Positions 48,601-59,119 of a stretch of 64,000 nucleotides of DNA are shown in pieces. The first letter of the stretch is position 1, and every line of letters starts with the position of its first letter. The notes below the pieces were generated by a model that had not been told where the DNA came from, made no database searches, and worked only from the letters and a program-made list of their open reading frames with translations. The stretch comes from Macrostomum lignano (taxonomy: Eukaryota). Both the position numbers and the translations under genes were made by a program. The stretch spans positions 123,914 to 187,913 of the forward strand of contig NIVC01002274.1 of assembly GCA_002269645.1 (NCBI GenBank), written 5' to 3'.

Positions 48601-49192
48601 TCTATTTTTAGCATAACATACAAACTTTTTCTTACTTTAATGTTTGAGATAGGCATAAACAACAATTTTTCTAATAAAAATATAGCAATACAATTATACT
48701 TGGAAAATATATAGAGGCATTAGGAAGTTGCATTCCACTGTAGCCAAATTATTCCTATATTTCAAATTTTCCAATAGCCTATGAATCTATCTATATCCAA
48801 TCCAAACCATAGCAAATAAATTTTCTATAAGTTATAGGCCTAGTAACTTTTTATTGTAGTTGCAATATACCACCAGCCTCATATGGCTAATATTTAAAAT
48901 AAAACATTTATCTTAACTTAAGCCCCCATTATCCCAACTACAATATATATACAATATAAAAAAATGTTGTTGCTTGAGTCTTTAAGTCCAAAGACTCAAA
49001 AAGCTTATCTCATAAAAGCTATATAAGGCCTATAAAAGTTAAAGTTATAAAAATAGGCTAGGCCAATGATTCATAAAAATAAGCTAAGTATTAACTATAA
49101 TAACACAAAATATACTTAATCAAAAAAATAATATAATATTTAATATTAGCTAAACTAGGTTACTTACCTTCAGAATATTTTGCTTTTGCCAT
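45653..49192 (-). CDS. MORF4L1: MRG15/MORF4L1 chromodomain-MRG protein (6 coding exons, 405 aa)
   Basis: Exons 49192-49168, 48115-48069, 47966-47899, 47782-47260, 46718-46255, 45743-45653. 1218 nt in frame. Chromo barrel MAKAKYSEEEKILCFHGPLLYEAKCLRV..YFVHYQGWNKNWDEWV. MRG domain FNACLGCRLLYKFERPQY..YGAAHLLRL. C-terminus YEVAPPDYQRLA. Confidence 0.95.
45820..46170. repeat. 21-bp minisatellite (CACAGCTAATCCACAATGACA) in MRG15 intron
   Basis: About 16 copies with two subtypes. Confidence 0.9.
46785..47245. repeat. G/A-rich GAGAGGA(C/T)TGG minisatellite in MRG15 intron
   Basis: Short-unit tandem copies with compound variants. Confidence 0.92.
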
Positions 49193-50272
49193 AATAAAGC
49201 TTTTTGACCTTAAAGTCTAACCAAACTTTGAATAAAAGCCAAATATATCTTTTTTATTATGAAGGTCTTTTTATTGATTTTAATTTATTAACTGTTTGAA
49301 TATAAAAGTAGGCCTAAATATTAACTGCCTAGCCTAGGTCAAGTTGATTCAAAAGCTTAGGTCTATATAACTATTTATCTATATTTCTTAATTTTAAATA
49401 GTCTAAGATTCTATGCAAGGGTTAGGCTAGCTAGATTATTAGGGCCTAGGCACAATAAAATAATTTAGCTAGCTAGCTAGGTCAAATAGGCGGCATAGGC
49501 CTAACTAAAGACTAGCTCAATCCCAATGCCAAAAACTAGGCTAGTCCTAGACCTTAGACTTAGGCTTGAATAAATAAATATTTTTTAAGTCTAGGCCTAC
49601 TTTTATTTCAATCAATAAAATTAATCTCAACTAGCTTAGTTAGAGTACATATAAATCCCCTGGCCTTAGGCCCTAGTCTTAGTCTTTAAACTTGGATAAA
49701 TATTTTAGTTAGGCCTAGCCTAGCTAATATCTAGCAGCTATTAACAATTATTGTTAAATTGGAAAAGTCAAGGGAAAGGAAATTATTCTTTTAAAAATAA
49801 GTTTTCCTCAGGCTAGCCTTAGTAAGCAGTAGTGGCAGCTAGTAGGTATATAGTAGGCCTAGCTATCAAATTTCTGTTAGGCCTAGTACATAGATAATTA
49901 GTTTTGGACTAAGCCTAGGCCTATCTATAGTATAAACAAAACTACTGTTTAGCAATGCTGGTAGCTAAGTGCTAGACGCATCTGAATAGTTTAGTCTATT
50001 GCCTATATAGCTATTAGCCATATTCTAACAATGACAGGTTAAATATATTTTAGAACCTTGACCCAATGATTTTAGAAAACGGCAAAAGCCGCAAAAAAAT
50101 CCGATTATTTAAGAAACGCGGGGATTGACAAAAACTTTTGAAGCAATTTTTCTATGTTTACTATCTAAATAATTCTAATTCTAGCTTAACCAAAACAGAA
50201 CGCATAAAACGTTCAAAACAGAAAACAGAACACAAAACAGAACGCAAAACAGAACGCATAAAACAGATGCAT

Positions 50273-53200
50273 CACAGCACCCATGGAACATCTTTTAGGG
50301 AGAAAAAAAGTACGAAGCAATCCATTCAACTTTTCTTGTTCCATAGACACCTGTAGATGAAAAAAATGAAAAACAGAAAAAAATTTGCGATAGCTTCATG
50401 TTTTATTGCACTTTTTGAATTTTCATGTACTTTTAATTGGCAAAACAGGAAGACATTCCATAAAAACTGCCATTTCAGCTTACAGGTCATTAGCGAAATA
50501 AATTCAGCTACCTTTCTATCCCATACAGCCAAATAAATAACTAAAGACTTGTTTACATTGAAGCTAGTATCTCTGCGAGTCACACACTGTTCAAATTAAA
50601 GTACCACTAGTCTTGCACAAAGTCTAGATTGATTTGAGTATTCAATGATCTACAGAGTAACTAAACCTTTATTTCTGGCTCACATAATCGATAGCATTTG
50701 ATTGGCCAAATCGTTGTACACGCAGCTAAGCTGAATGAAATCAACCAATCGATTGCTTAACTTTAGGCGGCCAGTTTTTAACTTAACAGATGTACATCCA
50801 CCAGACATTTACAATGCTGCACTCGTCTGAAAATTTCATGCCCGCAAGCAGGCCAACTATAAGGTTCAATGAAAATGTACAATCATGCACTACAAACTCA
50901 GTAAACATCTCACAGTGATAGGAAAATCCACTCTATCCTAGCATAAAACAACGCCAACAAACTTCAAATAAAGTTATATTCTATCATCAGTTTTATAGCA
51001 CTTTTGATAGCTCTGCAATGCCTTCAACGGCTTTAACTCATTCGGAGAATCGATTGAAAGTATGCCTGATCTGCTTTAAAAAAGGAGCATCTCATGAACC
51101 TATTCGTGACGCAAATCTACAACGCATCAATCGAAATTTTATCGAAGATATTGACATCACTGATGAAAGTCTTCCAGCATCTTTGTGCGCTCGGTGTCGC
51201 AAACTTCTTCTTGATGTCGACAGTGGTAGAAAGCCAGTGGATGCTCTGCCCCAACCATATGACTTCTCAAAAGTGAAGCAGACAGCAGTCACACGACAGA
51301 ATCCCCTGTGCCATTGTGATCTGTGTGAAGTCGCCCGGATGACTCCGATTGGTCAGGGGCTTGGCTCTGCCAAAGTTCCGGCTCACCCGATTGGCCGGCC
51401 GAAGAAATCCAACGACCAGCTGCCTGTAGCTTTGCCAGCTAAAATCTGCCGACGCTGCCTTTGCATCCTCCGGCGAGGAGTCAGTCACTGCTGTACCATC
51501 ACTCAACGCAGGGAAAACCTGTGCACAGAGTACTCTGTGGACCAGCGAGGGGCTGAGATGCACGCAGCCAAAGTAATCAAAAGAAAAGCTGTCGATGCGC
51601 ACGGTGCTGCTCCAATTCAACTGGCAACTCGTGGGCGTAATCTAACACTCAGTCTCCTAGCCCCATCACAAGCTAAAAACTCGGCTGCTTTTTACGATTC
51701 GCCGATCTCAGCATCTGAAATGAGCTGCTTTCAGCAGGCGCTGAGTCTAAGCAGACGGCAAACGAGGACTGCAGCGCAATTCTTCCGTAAGTGGAAAGGG
51801 CGGAAGTCAATTGAAGCAGGCCTGGAGTCGAAGTTGCAGCAGCTGGACAGCAGCCTCAGCGAGTATTTTTCGGTGACCGATGCAGAGTTTGAGATCAGCG
51901 GCGGTCAGAAGAAGCGCTGCTCCGTCGTATTCTGCAGGGACCCAGCAGGTCTCATTGATTACATGCTGCAACACCGGAGGGCGCCTTTTGGTTCTGAGTT
52001 CGTTGCAAAAGTTGGAATGGACAGTGGTGGTGATTTTCTGAAAATCTGTCTCAGCCTCATAGTTGACACATCAACTGATGCAAGTGACTTCGAGACTCAG
52101 GCTGCCGATGTCTGCTCAAGCCACTTTGCCGAAGGAGGTGTCAAGAGACTCATGCTACTAGGAATTGTTCAAGGAGTGAAAGAAACGTATGCCAACCTTA
52201 AGACCATGCTGGATCTTTTGAATATGAAAGGCGTCCGATATTACTGCTCGATGGACATGAAGATGGCCAACATCTTCCTTGGGCTTCAGGCATGCAGCAG
52301 CTTGCATCCGTGTCCTTGGTGCGAGTGCAGGCGGAACCTTTTTGGTGATGCGCATCGTGACATCCAGCTGCGGACGCTCGGTGCCATTCGAAGAAATGCA
52401 GCCCAGTATCAGCAGGCAGCTCGGCAGCATCGGGGCAGTTTGCAGCTTGGAGCTGCCAACTTCAAGAATTGTGTGCATGATCCACTAACAGATCTGCCTG
52501 ACGACACCGAGGTTCTAACGATCGTGCCTCCAATGGAACTGCACCTGATGCTGGGAATTACCAACCGGCTGCTGGAAGAACTGGACACGCGACTCCAAGC
52601 GACAAATGACTGTTCGGTGCGCATTGATGACTGGCTTGCTCGACTGGGAGTTCAGCGACAGCCTCAGCATGGCAGGCAGATAAACGGCAATGACTGCGCA
52701 AAGGTGCTGGAGTCAGTAGATCAGTTGGAGCAGATGGTCCGAGACTGCGATGCTTGCCTGGGAATGCCCGTTGTGTTTGCTCTGCGGTGCTTTCGAGAGG
52801 TAAAGAGAACCTGCTTCAGCCTTGAACTGCGCGATGGCTTCGAGACCGCCGTGGCTCACTTTGCTCAGGCTTACGCGGATCTCGGTATTAGCACCACGCC
52901 GAAGGTGCACGCGCTGATTGACCACGTGGTGCCTTTCCTCTCAAGCGCTGACAACAGGGAAGCCCGACATGGACTAGGCTTTTGGTCTGAGCAAGCTGGC
53001 GAAGCTGTGCATCGCGATTTCAACAGCCTGTGGTGCCGCAGCTACAAAGTTAGTCCTACAAATCCTCAGTATGCACAACAGCTGCTGAAGTGCACTGTTG
53101 CGTACTGCTCGCGGCATTTGTGACCTGCTTTAATAGTAAGAACATTTTCTTTTTCTAAGTCTTTTTTTGTTTGCAATAGCAGATAGAAAAAATGTGTCTT

Positions 53201-53554
53201 TAAGCTATCTATAATATTTGTTTATGGTAAAAACTTATTTAAAAAACACTATTTAAAGTAGCCTAATGCACTGCATATAAGTTTTTTTATCGGCCTGATA
53301 GTTTAAGTTAAGCAGGTAGCTGAATTTAATACGCTGATGACCTGCAAGCTGAAATGGCAGTTTTTATGGAATGTCTTCCTGTTTTGCCAATTAAAAGTAC
53401 ATGAAAATTCAAAAGGTGCAATAAAACATGAAGCTATCGCAAATTTTTTTCTGTTTTTCATTTTTTTCATCTACAGGTGTCTATGGAACAAGAAAAGTTG
53501 AATGGATTGCTTCGTACTTTTTTTCTCCCTAAAAGATGTTCCATGGGTGCTGTG
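50273..53554 (+). mobile_element. Full-length Chapaev-type (RAG1/Transib-like) DNA transposon, 3282 bp
   Basis: 241-bp TIRs at 50273-50513 and 53314-53554, with 5 mismatches counted by eye and the outer ~138 bp identical. Termini CACAGCA...TGCTGTG. 4-bp TSD GCAT (50269-50272 and 53555-53558). Single long internal ORF. CAC termini with a 4-bp TSD match the Chapaev description. Confidence 0.9.
51018..53123 (+). CDS. Chapaev-type DDE transposase (701 aa), intact ORF
   Basis: N-terminal Chapa zinc finger H-x7-C-x2-C (HSENRLKVCLIC)..LPASLCARC..CHCDLC..GRP. Catalytic-type motifs KVGMDSGG, SMDMKM..S.HPCPWC, PMELHLMLG, TPKVH..IDH and WSEQAGEAVH resemble the Transib/RAG1 core. Confidence 0.9.
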   Translation: MPSTALTHSENRLKVCLICFKKGASHEPIRDANLQRINRNFIEDIDITDESLPASLCARCRKLLLDVDSGRKPVDALPQPYDFSKVKQTAVTRQNPLCHCDLCEVARMTPIGQGLGSAKVPAHPIGRPKKSNDQLPVALPAKICRRCLCILRRGVSHCCTITQRRENLCTEYSVDQRGAEMHAAKVIKRKAVDAHGAAPIQLATRGRNLTLSLLAPSQAKNSAAFYDSPISASEMSCFQQALSLSRRQTRTAAQFFRKWKGRKSIEAGLESKLQQLDSSLSEYFSVTDAEFEISGGQKKRCSVVFCRDPAGLIDYMLQHRRAPFGSEFVAKVGMDSGGDFLKICLSLIVDTSTDASDFETQAADVCSSHFAEGGVKRLMLLGIVQGVKETYANLKTMLDLLNMKGVRYYCSMDMKMANIFLGLQACSSLHPCPWCECRRNLFGDAHRDIQLRTLGAIRRNAAQYQQAARQHRGSLQLGAANFKNCVHDPLTDLPDDTEVLTIVPPMELHLMLGITNRLLEELDTRLQATNDCSVRIDDWLARLGVQRQPQHGRQINGNDCAKVLESVDQLEQMVRDCDACLGMPVVFALRCFREVKRTCFSLELRDGFETAVAHFAQAYADLGISTTPKVHALIDHVVPFLSSADNREARHGLGFWSEQAGEAVHRDFNSLWCRSYKVSPTNPQYAQQLLKCTVAYCSRHL

Positions 53555-55207
53555 GCATAAGACTTTGACTTGAGTAAAAACGGACTTAACGAACTAGCTG
53601 ATAAAAATTCTCGGATTCAGTTTTTTTCGGGCATAGTGTCTCTCACTTAACTTGAAACGCAAATTACTTCAAACATAAACTAAACATTTTTATGCAGTTC
53701 TCAAATACATACTGCAATATACGAGTATAAGCCCTAGCAATACCTATCGTAGCTGTAAACTGCTTATAGAATGGCTATTTCCCGGAGGCATTGATGTTAG
53801 TAACTCGAAATGCGGCGAATTGTGTCGTCGTGTGACCTTATTTGGATTAAGACCAGCTCGGTTAAAGTGGTTTAAAAAGAGATAAATGCTTAGAATATTT
53901 TGCTTTTGCCATAATAAAAGATAAAGAAATATTTTTTCTTTAAATCTTAAAATACGAGTATATCTTTCAATTTCAAGACACTTATTTAACGAGGAATCCC
54001 ATAATCAAAATGAGCATATAAAAACGTATTCAATAATGTAAGAAAAATATCTGTCACTCAACTACACTAAGTCCTGAGCATAGATCTTATATTCCCTTGG
54101 ATAGGCCATGTATGGCGGTAATAGGGAAAGTGCGACCGCTGTTTTTCGTCACTTGTGCAAAAAAACCGACATGGGATTGCTTAAATTTTGAGTTCAGTAG
54201 CTTTTAGGGACATAGACGCTATTTTTGAGAATGTGATAGAACTTTAGATGAATTAATAAATAAAAAGTTCAATCAAATTAAGAATGGTGCATGTACTACA
54301 GAGACTACTGACGAAATTGAGTTCAGTAGTTGATTTTCGCGCTGTCGCGAGACAATTTTTTTACATTAGCTTCGATATATGGCCACCTAAGCGGTCAATG
54401 AGTGAGTGGCCCATCTTGTGCATATGATCTTCTGGTCCTAGCTGAGTAGCATAGCGCCAAAAATGAAAGCAAACCTCGATCAAATACCTAAGCAAACTAA
54501 CAACTGAAAGTAAAAAATCGTATTTAGCAACTCACAATAATGACTTGCATGTAAAGGATGTTGTGCCCGGAAGAATCGCTCCCGGCCCACCGCAACGTTC
54601 TTATTTATATTCTTTAATCATTGTCGGTTGATTTCAGAATCCAGTCGAAGCGAGTATATTGTATCCAATACGGACCGATAGGAAACGTTGGTAGTGCACC
54701 GAGGCTTTGACGAAAGCTGGCGTTTGCCGCCATCAGGTCGCGAGAATGAATTTGGTTCGGCAGTAAGTCTCAAAGTAACGTAATGCTTAATTAGGCTACA
54801 TGTCAGCAGCATCCCGATAATTAACTCATTTAACTGCCCTAATTTTTGTAGTTCTGGACGCGGTTAACGTCAAAACAAAATATGCACACCCAGAAAAAAT
54901 AAAATAATCGAAAAACTAGCTATGAGCGTAATATGCGCATTTACAGGGCGATTTACTCCGATTTTCTGCAGGAATGCTGCGAAGGAACACGAGTTGAACT
55001 CGTAGGGCAAGCTTGTGGCGCTTAGCCAATTGTCGTTTATTGCATGAGTCAGTTTATCTTTTACTTGTTTTCAATACAAATAAATAAAAAATCACTTTGC
55101 CAAAGAAATTCTGATGAAAAAACTTTGAGGTCAAAAGATTTCGCTTCAACCGTAAATAAATGAATCAGAAATTCCAAACAACTTGGGGCTTGTATTGTTG
55201 AATCGGC

Positions 55208-56119
55208 CTAGCCAGACTGCTTCATCTCGGCACTGAGCAGACGGTACAGCTTCTCGATCAGAGAGGTGGAATCTGCCGCACCGCCGCGCGACAGCTTTCG
55301 ACGTGACTGCTGTTGCTGCTGGTCGGAGGCTGGAACTGAGGCAAGGTCCCGACGCGTTCTGCTGCTGCCGACAGCCTTGCCGCTGCTGCTTGCTTTGGTG
55401 GCCGACGCCGATCGCTTAGCCTGCAGGCGTTCGCGACGTTGCTGCAGTAGCTGCTGACGCGACGGCTTGACGATGCTGACAGCTGACAGCTCCGGAGGAG
55501 GCTGTGTCTCCTTGCGCAACTTCTGCAGTCGGCGCTGCTGACGATGCTCTGCCGGCTGCTCCACAGGGTCCGGCGCCACCTGCGCTAACTCCAGCTGCTC
55601 ATCCTCGTTGGCTTCGCAGCAGTCACCGTCGCAGCCGTCACCGCAGCCGGCACAAATGTCATCGGCGGCGTTCTCAAAGCTGTCGCTATAGATTTGGCCT
55701 TGCGCTGGCTGCAGCGTACTGTTGTTGCCAAAGTTGCAGCCCTCAATGGTCGCCAGCTGCTCCCGGTGCAGGCTGGGCTTCACAACAAGCGTACCGTTGT
55801 CGCCGATCCAGGACTCAAGTCGGAGAAGCAGTCGAATCTCGTTAGGCGACGTCAGCACCCGGCCAGCTGGCTGCTGAATATTTTTTGCATCGTCCAGGTT
55901 GCTAGCGTTGCTGCTGACGGCCCGTCGCGGCCGCGGATTATGATTCTGCTGGTGCCTCTCGACGCTCCGACCGCACGGACAGGCGGGGCTGGCTGCAGCA
56001 GCCGTCCTGGCCGCCCTGGCTTTAGCCAGCATTCGGCCGAATGAGCCGATCAGTTCAATCGTATCATCGCATAGGCGATCCGTTTCGTCGCTGGCTGCCT
56101 CATGGGAATGGACCGACAT
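55208..56119 (-). CDS. Orphan intronless protein, 303 aa, function unknown
   Basis: GC3-rich composition like neighbouring host exons. CAG|cATG context. AATAAA on the minus strand at 55041-55036, about 170 bp past the stop. No recognised domain. Confidence 0.6.
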   Translation of the reverse strand: MSVHSHEAASDETDRLCDDTIELIGSFGRMLAKARAARTAAAASPACPCGRSVERHQQNHNPRPRRAVSSNASNLDDAKNIQQPAGRVLTSPNEIRLLLRLESWIGDNGTLVVKPSLHREQLATIEGCNFGNNSTLQPAQGQIYSDSFENAADDICAGCGDGCDGDCCEANEDEQLELAQVAPDPVEQPAEHRQQRRLQKLRKETQPPPELSAVSIVKPSRQQLLQQRRERLQAKRSASATKASSSGKAVGSSRTRRDLASVPASDQQQQQSRRKLSRGGAADSTSLIEKLYRLLSAEMKQSG

Positions 56120-56545
56120 GCTGGCACGGGCAAGTCAGTGCGATAACCAACTGGCTCAGTGGTTGCAATAAGTTTGACCGATCAACTCTTAGTAGCTAGA
56201 ATTTCTGCTAAGCTTGCATTTGGAACAGGTTCATGCACAAAGCTGGCAGCGGGATTCGAAGACTCTGGTTGCACCATAGACTAAATTTCGCACTGCTACA
56301 ACTCTCGCCCTTTTATTAATGGATAAATAAAGCCAATCCACTTTACTGTAGGTAGTATAGTGTGTAGTTGTCACAGTGACAAACATTTAGCTAGATATTC
56401 TCTAAGAGTAGAAGGACGGGAAACTACGTTTCTTGGAGAAAAGATAAACATTCTCCCTTCTATCAAAAGCAACAACAAAGAGTGTCTTAACAAAGCTGCG
56501 CCTGAAGTGTTGCGCAACACCACTATACTCTACTAAGGTTTTAAG

Positions 56546-56613
56546 ACCATGGAGGAAAGAATAGAATGGAGTGCTAATCTGAGCCAGTTATATTTTATTC
56601 TTTCCTCCATGGT
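56546..56613. mobile_element. 68-bp mini-MITE or hairpin
   Basis: Perfect 18-bp IR ACCATGGAGGAAAGAATA / TATTCTTTCCTCCATGGT. TTAAGA(C) occurs at both ends (56541 and 56613), consistent with a TSD. Confidence 0.6.
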
Positions 56614-57267
56614 TAAGACACTAAATCCACACGGATGTCAGCCCAGCTTACAATGCAGGCCTTGATCAGGAACAAAAAACAGAAGCCATACAAACGACAA
56701 AATTACTCGGAAATGTTTCATGTACTGACAAGTGAAAGAATAAATTAGTGAATCATTAACATCATATAATTATCAGACCTAATATATATATATGTTTTTT
56801 CGGCATTACAATAAGCATTACGAGCTATAACTGAATGAATGCATAAATCTCAAAACAAACAGCAAATATCCGGCAACATAGGAAATGGGGCAGGAGCATT
56901 GGTTTAGTTTTATACAGCAGCCAGTCCCAGATAACTGACAAAGAGGAGAGCACAATTCAATTAGGAATACCTAGATGGAAAGCGGCAGAGAGCCAAAGCA
57001 ATTGGAATGGCGTCTGTGCTCTAGCAGCAACAAATCGGAGTGAGGGAGCAGAATCCTGTGCGCGACATTTGCTTCAGTCTAAGTTCAGTGCAAGTCCTGA
57101 TTCTCGGCCCGCAAGAAAATGGAATTTGTCTATGGCACAAAATGCAAACTGTATTTCATTTTAGCTCTGAGCCTAAAAGAGCGACTGACAAAGTAATAAG
57201 CTCGTAATTAGTCTAACTTTTTATTAAAACTGAATTTCATTAACTCCTGACCGAGCGTTCTGAGCAC

Positions 57268-57642
57268 ATGATAGACTACTCCTGTATAGAAGGAGGCGAG
57301 ATTTCTGGGTTGCAGCGTGAAGAAATCGACTTTGTATGCCAACTCCGTGGCCGTGGGCGAATGTTCAATCAGTACACTGGCTTGCCTGTGCCTGGAATTG
57401 GAGTCAGCAAGGCGCTCGACAACGGCCTGTTGGATGATCTAGTAAACGATCTTTCTGCTGAAGCGAGCAACGACAATCAACTCCGGGAGCTAACAAGTGA
57501 TGAAGTGAGCGCTAATTTGGATGTGGAGAATGCCTCACGCGTCGTCTCTACCGAAGCAAAAACAAGACAGTGTGTGGAGAAATTCAAGAAGTTTTTGCGC
57601 ACCGAGAATCTTCCTGAATCCCGTGTTCTATTTTTCCTATAA
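57268..57642 (+). pseudogene. Possible Crypton/DUF3504-type tyrosine-recombinase N-terminal fragment
   Basis: QLRELTSDEVSANL..VSTEAKTRQCVEKFKKFLRTENL follows the pattern of Crypton/KCTD1-type N-termini (RF..LSEEEI..NTKKST..AV..F..YL...N). Pattern resemblance only, and no catalytic domain follows. Confidence 0.35.
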
Positions 57643-57849
57643 GTGAGTACATCTGAACGCCATGTACTGTAAAGACGGCGTGGGTTGCACCACAAGACTA
57701 TATTAAATCGTTACTGTTGTCCTCTTTGTAATGTTGCAATACAATACAATCGTTTCGGCTTCGTCTATGGCCCAGCCCGATATCGGGCAGAGAATGGGCC
57801 ATTTCTTAAGCAGTCTTGCCTGCAAAATCAAGCAGGAATTTACATTCTT

Positions 57850-58520
57850 TAATGTCACACTTCCACCTAGAGTTCACCATCCCCAATGTCACACTTCTAC
57901 CTAGACTTCACACTTCCACCTAGACTTCACATTATTTAATGTCACACTTCCACCTAGACTTCACATTATTTAATGTCACAATTTCATCTAGACTTCACAT
58001 TTTTAATGTCACAATTTCATCTAGACTTCACATTTTTAATGTCACAATTTCATCTAGACTTCACATTTTTAATGTCACAATTTCATCTAGACTTCACATT
58101 TTTAATGTCACAATTTCATCTAGACTTCACATTTTTAATGTCACAATTTCATCTAGACTTCACATTATTTAATGTCACACTTCCACCTAGACTTCACATT
58201 ATTTAATGTCACACTTCCACCTAGACTTCACATTATTTAATGTCACACTTCCACCTAGACTTCACATTATTTAATGTCACAATTTCATCTAGACTTCACA
58301 TTTTTAATGTCACAATTTCATCTAGACTTCACATTTTTAATGTCACAATTTCATCTAGACTTCACATTTTTAATGTCACACTTTCACCTAGACTTCACAC
58401 TCCCCAATGTCACACTTCCACCTAGACTTCACACTCCCCAATGTCACACTTCCACCTAGACTTCACACTCCCCAATGTCACACTTCCACCTAGACTTCAC
58501 AATCCCCAATGTCACATTTC
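57850..58520. repeat. 33-34-bp minisatellite (TTTAATGTCACAATTTCATCTAGACTTCACATT)
   Basis: About 20 copies in three subtype blocks. Confidence 0.95.
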
Positions 58521-59119
58521 TTAGAATTTAAATTCGACTTCGCAACTGACCAATTTTCAATTGACTGCATAAAAAAGAAGCAATACTACAACTTACTACA
58601 AGCTGGAACGCAATGAGCATCAATAATGTGAAGCGAAATCTATTGATCTACTATTTTTGCACAGTCACCATAACAAGCAAGCAATGCAGCAGCAGATTTA
58701 GAAATAGCAACTAGAAATCTATAGGTAACAGAGGACAGTCAATCTAGGTTGGCCACAGAGCCAGCACAATTAATATTCGAAAGTGTAAGACAAGTCGAGT
58801 GACAAAAAGAAACAAAACCAACAACAACCTTGTATTATCCATTCGGGTAAAAGTACATACAGCAAAATTGATCCACTAAAAACTGGAATTGCATCCGATC
58901 TGAGAATCAAAGTAATACAATTGAAAAGTACTCGCTACTATGCAGGGTTAAAGTCAGGAATCTTTTTTGACTTTCAAAAAAAACGGTGACAAGCTACGAG
59001 TATTATTGATTCATAGCTTAAAATCCGATTACGTTATACCACAGTTACTTGATTAGCTGCTGGGCCACTATACCTATCGGTTTCTTTCATGATGGGCTCA
59101 TAGTCAACCTTTTCTGATT

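Noticed and set aside
50273-53554. Classification as canonical Transib or a RAG1L-RAG2L (ProtoRAG) element
   Set aside because: The TSD is 4 bp (GCAT), not 5 bp, and there is no second RAG2-like ORF. The features fit Chapaev better.
54975-55046. CTGCGAAG and TTTATTGCATG resemble parts of a flatworm spliced-leader sequence as I recall it
   Set aside because: The pieces are not contiguous and no GT donor or Sm site follows. TTTATT is better explained as the orphan gene's poly(A) signal.
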